DNA of 63,831 bases, counting the filler, from Sphacelaria rigidula (Eukaryota), in assembly GCA_964200075.2 (NCBI GenBank). It is 8 parts of 8 records of this genome, joined end to end, with 100 filler letters (N's around TTAATTAATTAA, not from the genome) between each part and the next. Parts side by side here need not be neighbours in the genome. Positions count along the whole stretch, not along the records: positions 55,942 to 63,831 come from CAXNAA020013085.1; 7 more parts are not named here. One strand, written 5' to 3'. The translations under genes were made by a program, and so were the position numbers. The notes beneath the pieces were generated by a model, which was not told the origin of the DNA, searched no databases, and saw only the letters and a list, made by a program, of their open reading frames with translations. Each line of letters opens with the position of its first letter. Position 1 is the first letter of the stretch. Shown in pieces: positions 61,765-63,831 of this stretch.

Positions 61765-62000
61765 CTAACCCTAACCCTAACCCTAACCCTAACCCCAACC
61801 CCAACGAAGACATACCGAAAACCCTCGGGCAAGGGGGATGGGACATGTTCCGTAGGCTAAGGATGCATTGCCAGACCCCAAATCGGCGCCCCAGGCGCCG
61901 ATTTAGACAAAAACGCGTTCTGCGCACGCTAGGAGCACGCCAGGAGCATAGCCCCCCAAAGATCCGGATTTCGGTGTCTACACTAAAATCCAATACTGCA
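61765..62000 (+). repeat. Telomere-repeat-headed dispersed repeat family, copy 3, with (CCCTAA)n head
   Basis: ctaaccctaaccctaaccctaaccctaaccccaacccc followed by the body shared with 11530-11745 and 14395-14600. Confidence 0.75.
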
Positions 62001-63304
62001 CCTGTCACAAGCCGGAAATTTCCGAGAACTATATGTAAACTACCGAGTGGTGAAGTCTACTGATCGTATTCATCGTCCAATCAAGGGGAAGGTGCCCATC
62101 TGCTCAAAAGTTTGGGCCAATATTTCATCGTTCATTAAACCCCACGTCTACAATAGTAATTCCTATATCTAACGGAGATGGCGTTCATTCTAAAATCTAT
62201 ATGAACCCCCCGGTCGATACATTCAGCAGGTGACGACGATTTTTGGTGTGTGGACATTCCCTGGAGCACGGGAAGACATGGATACCCTCACCTTTACCTA
62301 AATGGTGATCTGTCTCGAGATGTGGCGCACATAAATTTCTGTAATAAACCCAAAATATTACGAACACAGGCACTAGATAAACCAAATTTGGATGTCGCGT
62401 CTCAGTTTTTGAGTTATGCTATGGAATTTCGTATAGAGAACCGATGGTGCATAATAAAGCTAAGAAAACCGCTTGGCCATTTTTTTAATTTTTTTTTTCT
62501 CGTTTTTAGGGCAGTTTTGAGGAGAAACGAACACTGCTCTTGGGCCTTACCTCAACTTTTTAGCTCAATTTTTAGAACTGTGTTTTGAAACTCGACAGAA
62601 ACAACCGCAGAGGTATGCTGAATAAAAAAAAATGGGCCCTTATTTTTGTGGGGGCGGAGAGGTTGGGGCTTTCTCGTGAAAAGATGGCCGTTTCCGTACT
62701 GAAACGCCCTAAACCAGTGATGAAAAAAAAAGTCTCTCACTTTGTTTTGATAATTATACCCTAGCCACAGCCCATACAAACTTTCAATACACAAACACCA
62801 TACTGTACGTGGGCCGGTAAGTGGCCTGCAAAATACTGCTTCGATTTTTTCCTGACCCCGTCACTGAATGGCCCATTAACCGGCTAATATTTAGAGCTAG
62901 ACCCAAGGGTCTGTCGAGCGAAAAAAATCGGACACGTAGGCCACCCCTCCCCCCCCTCCCGGAGGGCATTTTTTCGAAAATTGTCATGATTTTTCGTTTT
63001 TATTTTTGTCAAGTTTCTCGCAAGGAATTGATCAATAAACACTGTTTTGATTATGTCTGTTGATTTTGTTACAACACATTGAGCAATAAACGCTGATAAA
63101 AACGGAAGAGTCTGTTGGGCTTCGTGGGGTTCGTGTATCTGCTTCTGTTCCTTGCCCGTTCTGTCCCGATGACCTCAGATGCCGGAGGGTAATTTTCCGA
63201 CAATTAAAATTATCCGTGTTTTTCACTATTTTCTGTTAACTTTGTTGCAAGAAATCAACCAATGACCATTGACAAAATCCGAAGAGTTTGGGGGGCTTTG
63301 CGGG

Positions 63305-63685
63305 GTATATATTTGCTTCTGCTCCTTTACATACTTATTCATATATTTATACTATATGATATATAGTATAAGGATCATACGTTCTGTATTATATAGCACC
63401 CATATATATATCAATATATAACTATATAATGTAGTATATGCTGCCCCTTGATGAATATTTATATATAATTATATAAAATATAAATATTGTATATTATAAA
63501 TATATTGTATATAAGATATAAAATATATTATATATTAAGGAAAAGAAGCATATGTGCAATATAGACCTATAATATTGACCAATATTATATGGTACATAAT
63601 ATATTAAATATAGTATATAAAAAATACATGATGTGTAATATACGATATATAACATATGACATATAATATATGACAGATAATGTAT
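63305..63685. repeat. AT-rich degenerate (TA)n low-complexity tract
   Basis: Sharp drop in GC with tatata/atatt runs. Confidence 0.8.
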
Positions 63686-63762
63686 GAGGATCTCTACGGT
63701 CTACGGCAGCTGACCACATCCGCCAACGCCTCGGCGAAAAACCAGGGGACACGCGGCTGGGT

Positions 63763-63831
<69 letters not shown>

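Overview
Eukaryotic, intron-rich, repeat-dense DNA. The long GT-AG introns, TTAGGG-type repeats and repeat families suggest a brown alga or other stramenopile (inference). The window is not one locus. It is eight contigs of 7893, 7892, 7892, 7891, 7891, 7891, 7891 and 7890 bp, joined by identical 100-bp N/TTAATTAATTAA spacers. This looks like size-sorted unplaced contigs, so nothing should be linked across spacers. Three partial spliced genes can be reconstructed by hand: (1) the 3' part of a purine-biosynthesis fusion with GAR transformylase (PurN) directly upstream of AIR synthetase (PurM), 5 exons, 231-5475 (+); (2) the 3' part of a PH-domain protein with two SH3b-like repeats, 16345-18517 (+); (3) four exons of a divergent annexin, 38927-33927 (-). 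There are also two putative signal-peptide first exons. The rest is mostly transposon debris: Copia and Gypsy relics, an isolated LTR, tRNA-headed SINEs and many MITEs (mariner-, piggyBac-, Harbinger-, hAT- and Sola-like). The most notable pattern is a set of non-LTR retroelement families that end in, and insert into, C/G homopolymer runs instead of carrying poly(A); one copy has a perfect TCCCCCCCTTG target duplication. A second notable pattern is a ~100-bp piggyBac-like palindromic mini-element that forms tandem arrays through shared TTAA sites and acts as a landing site for other MITEs.
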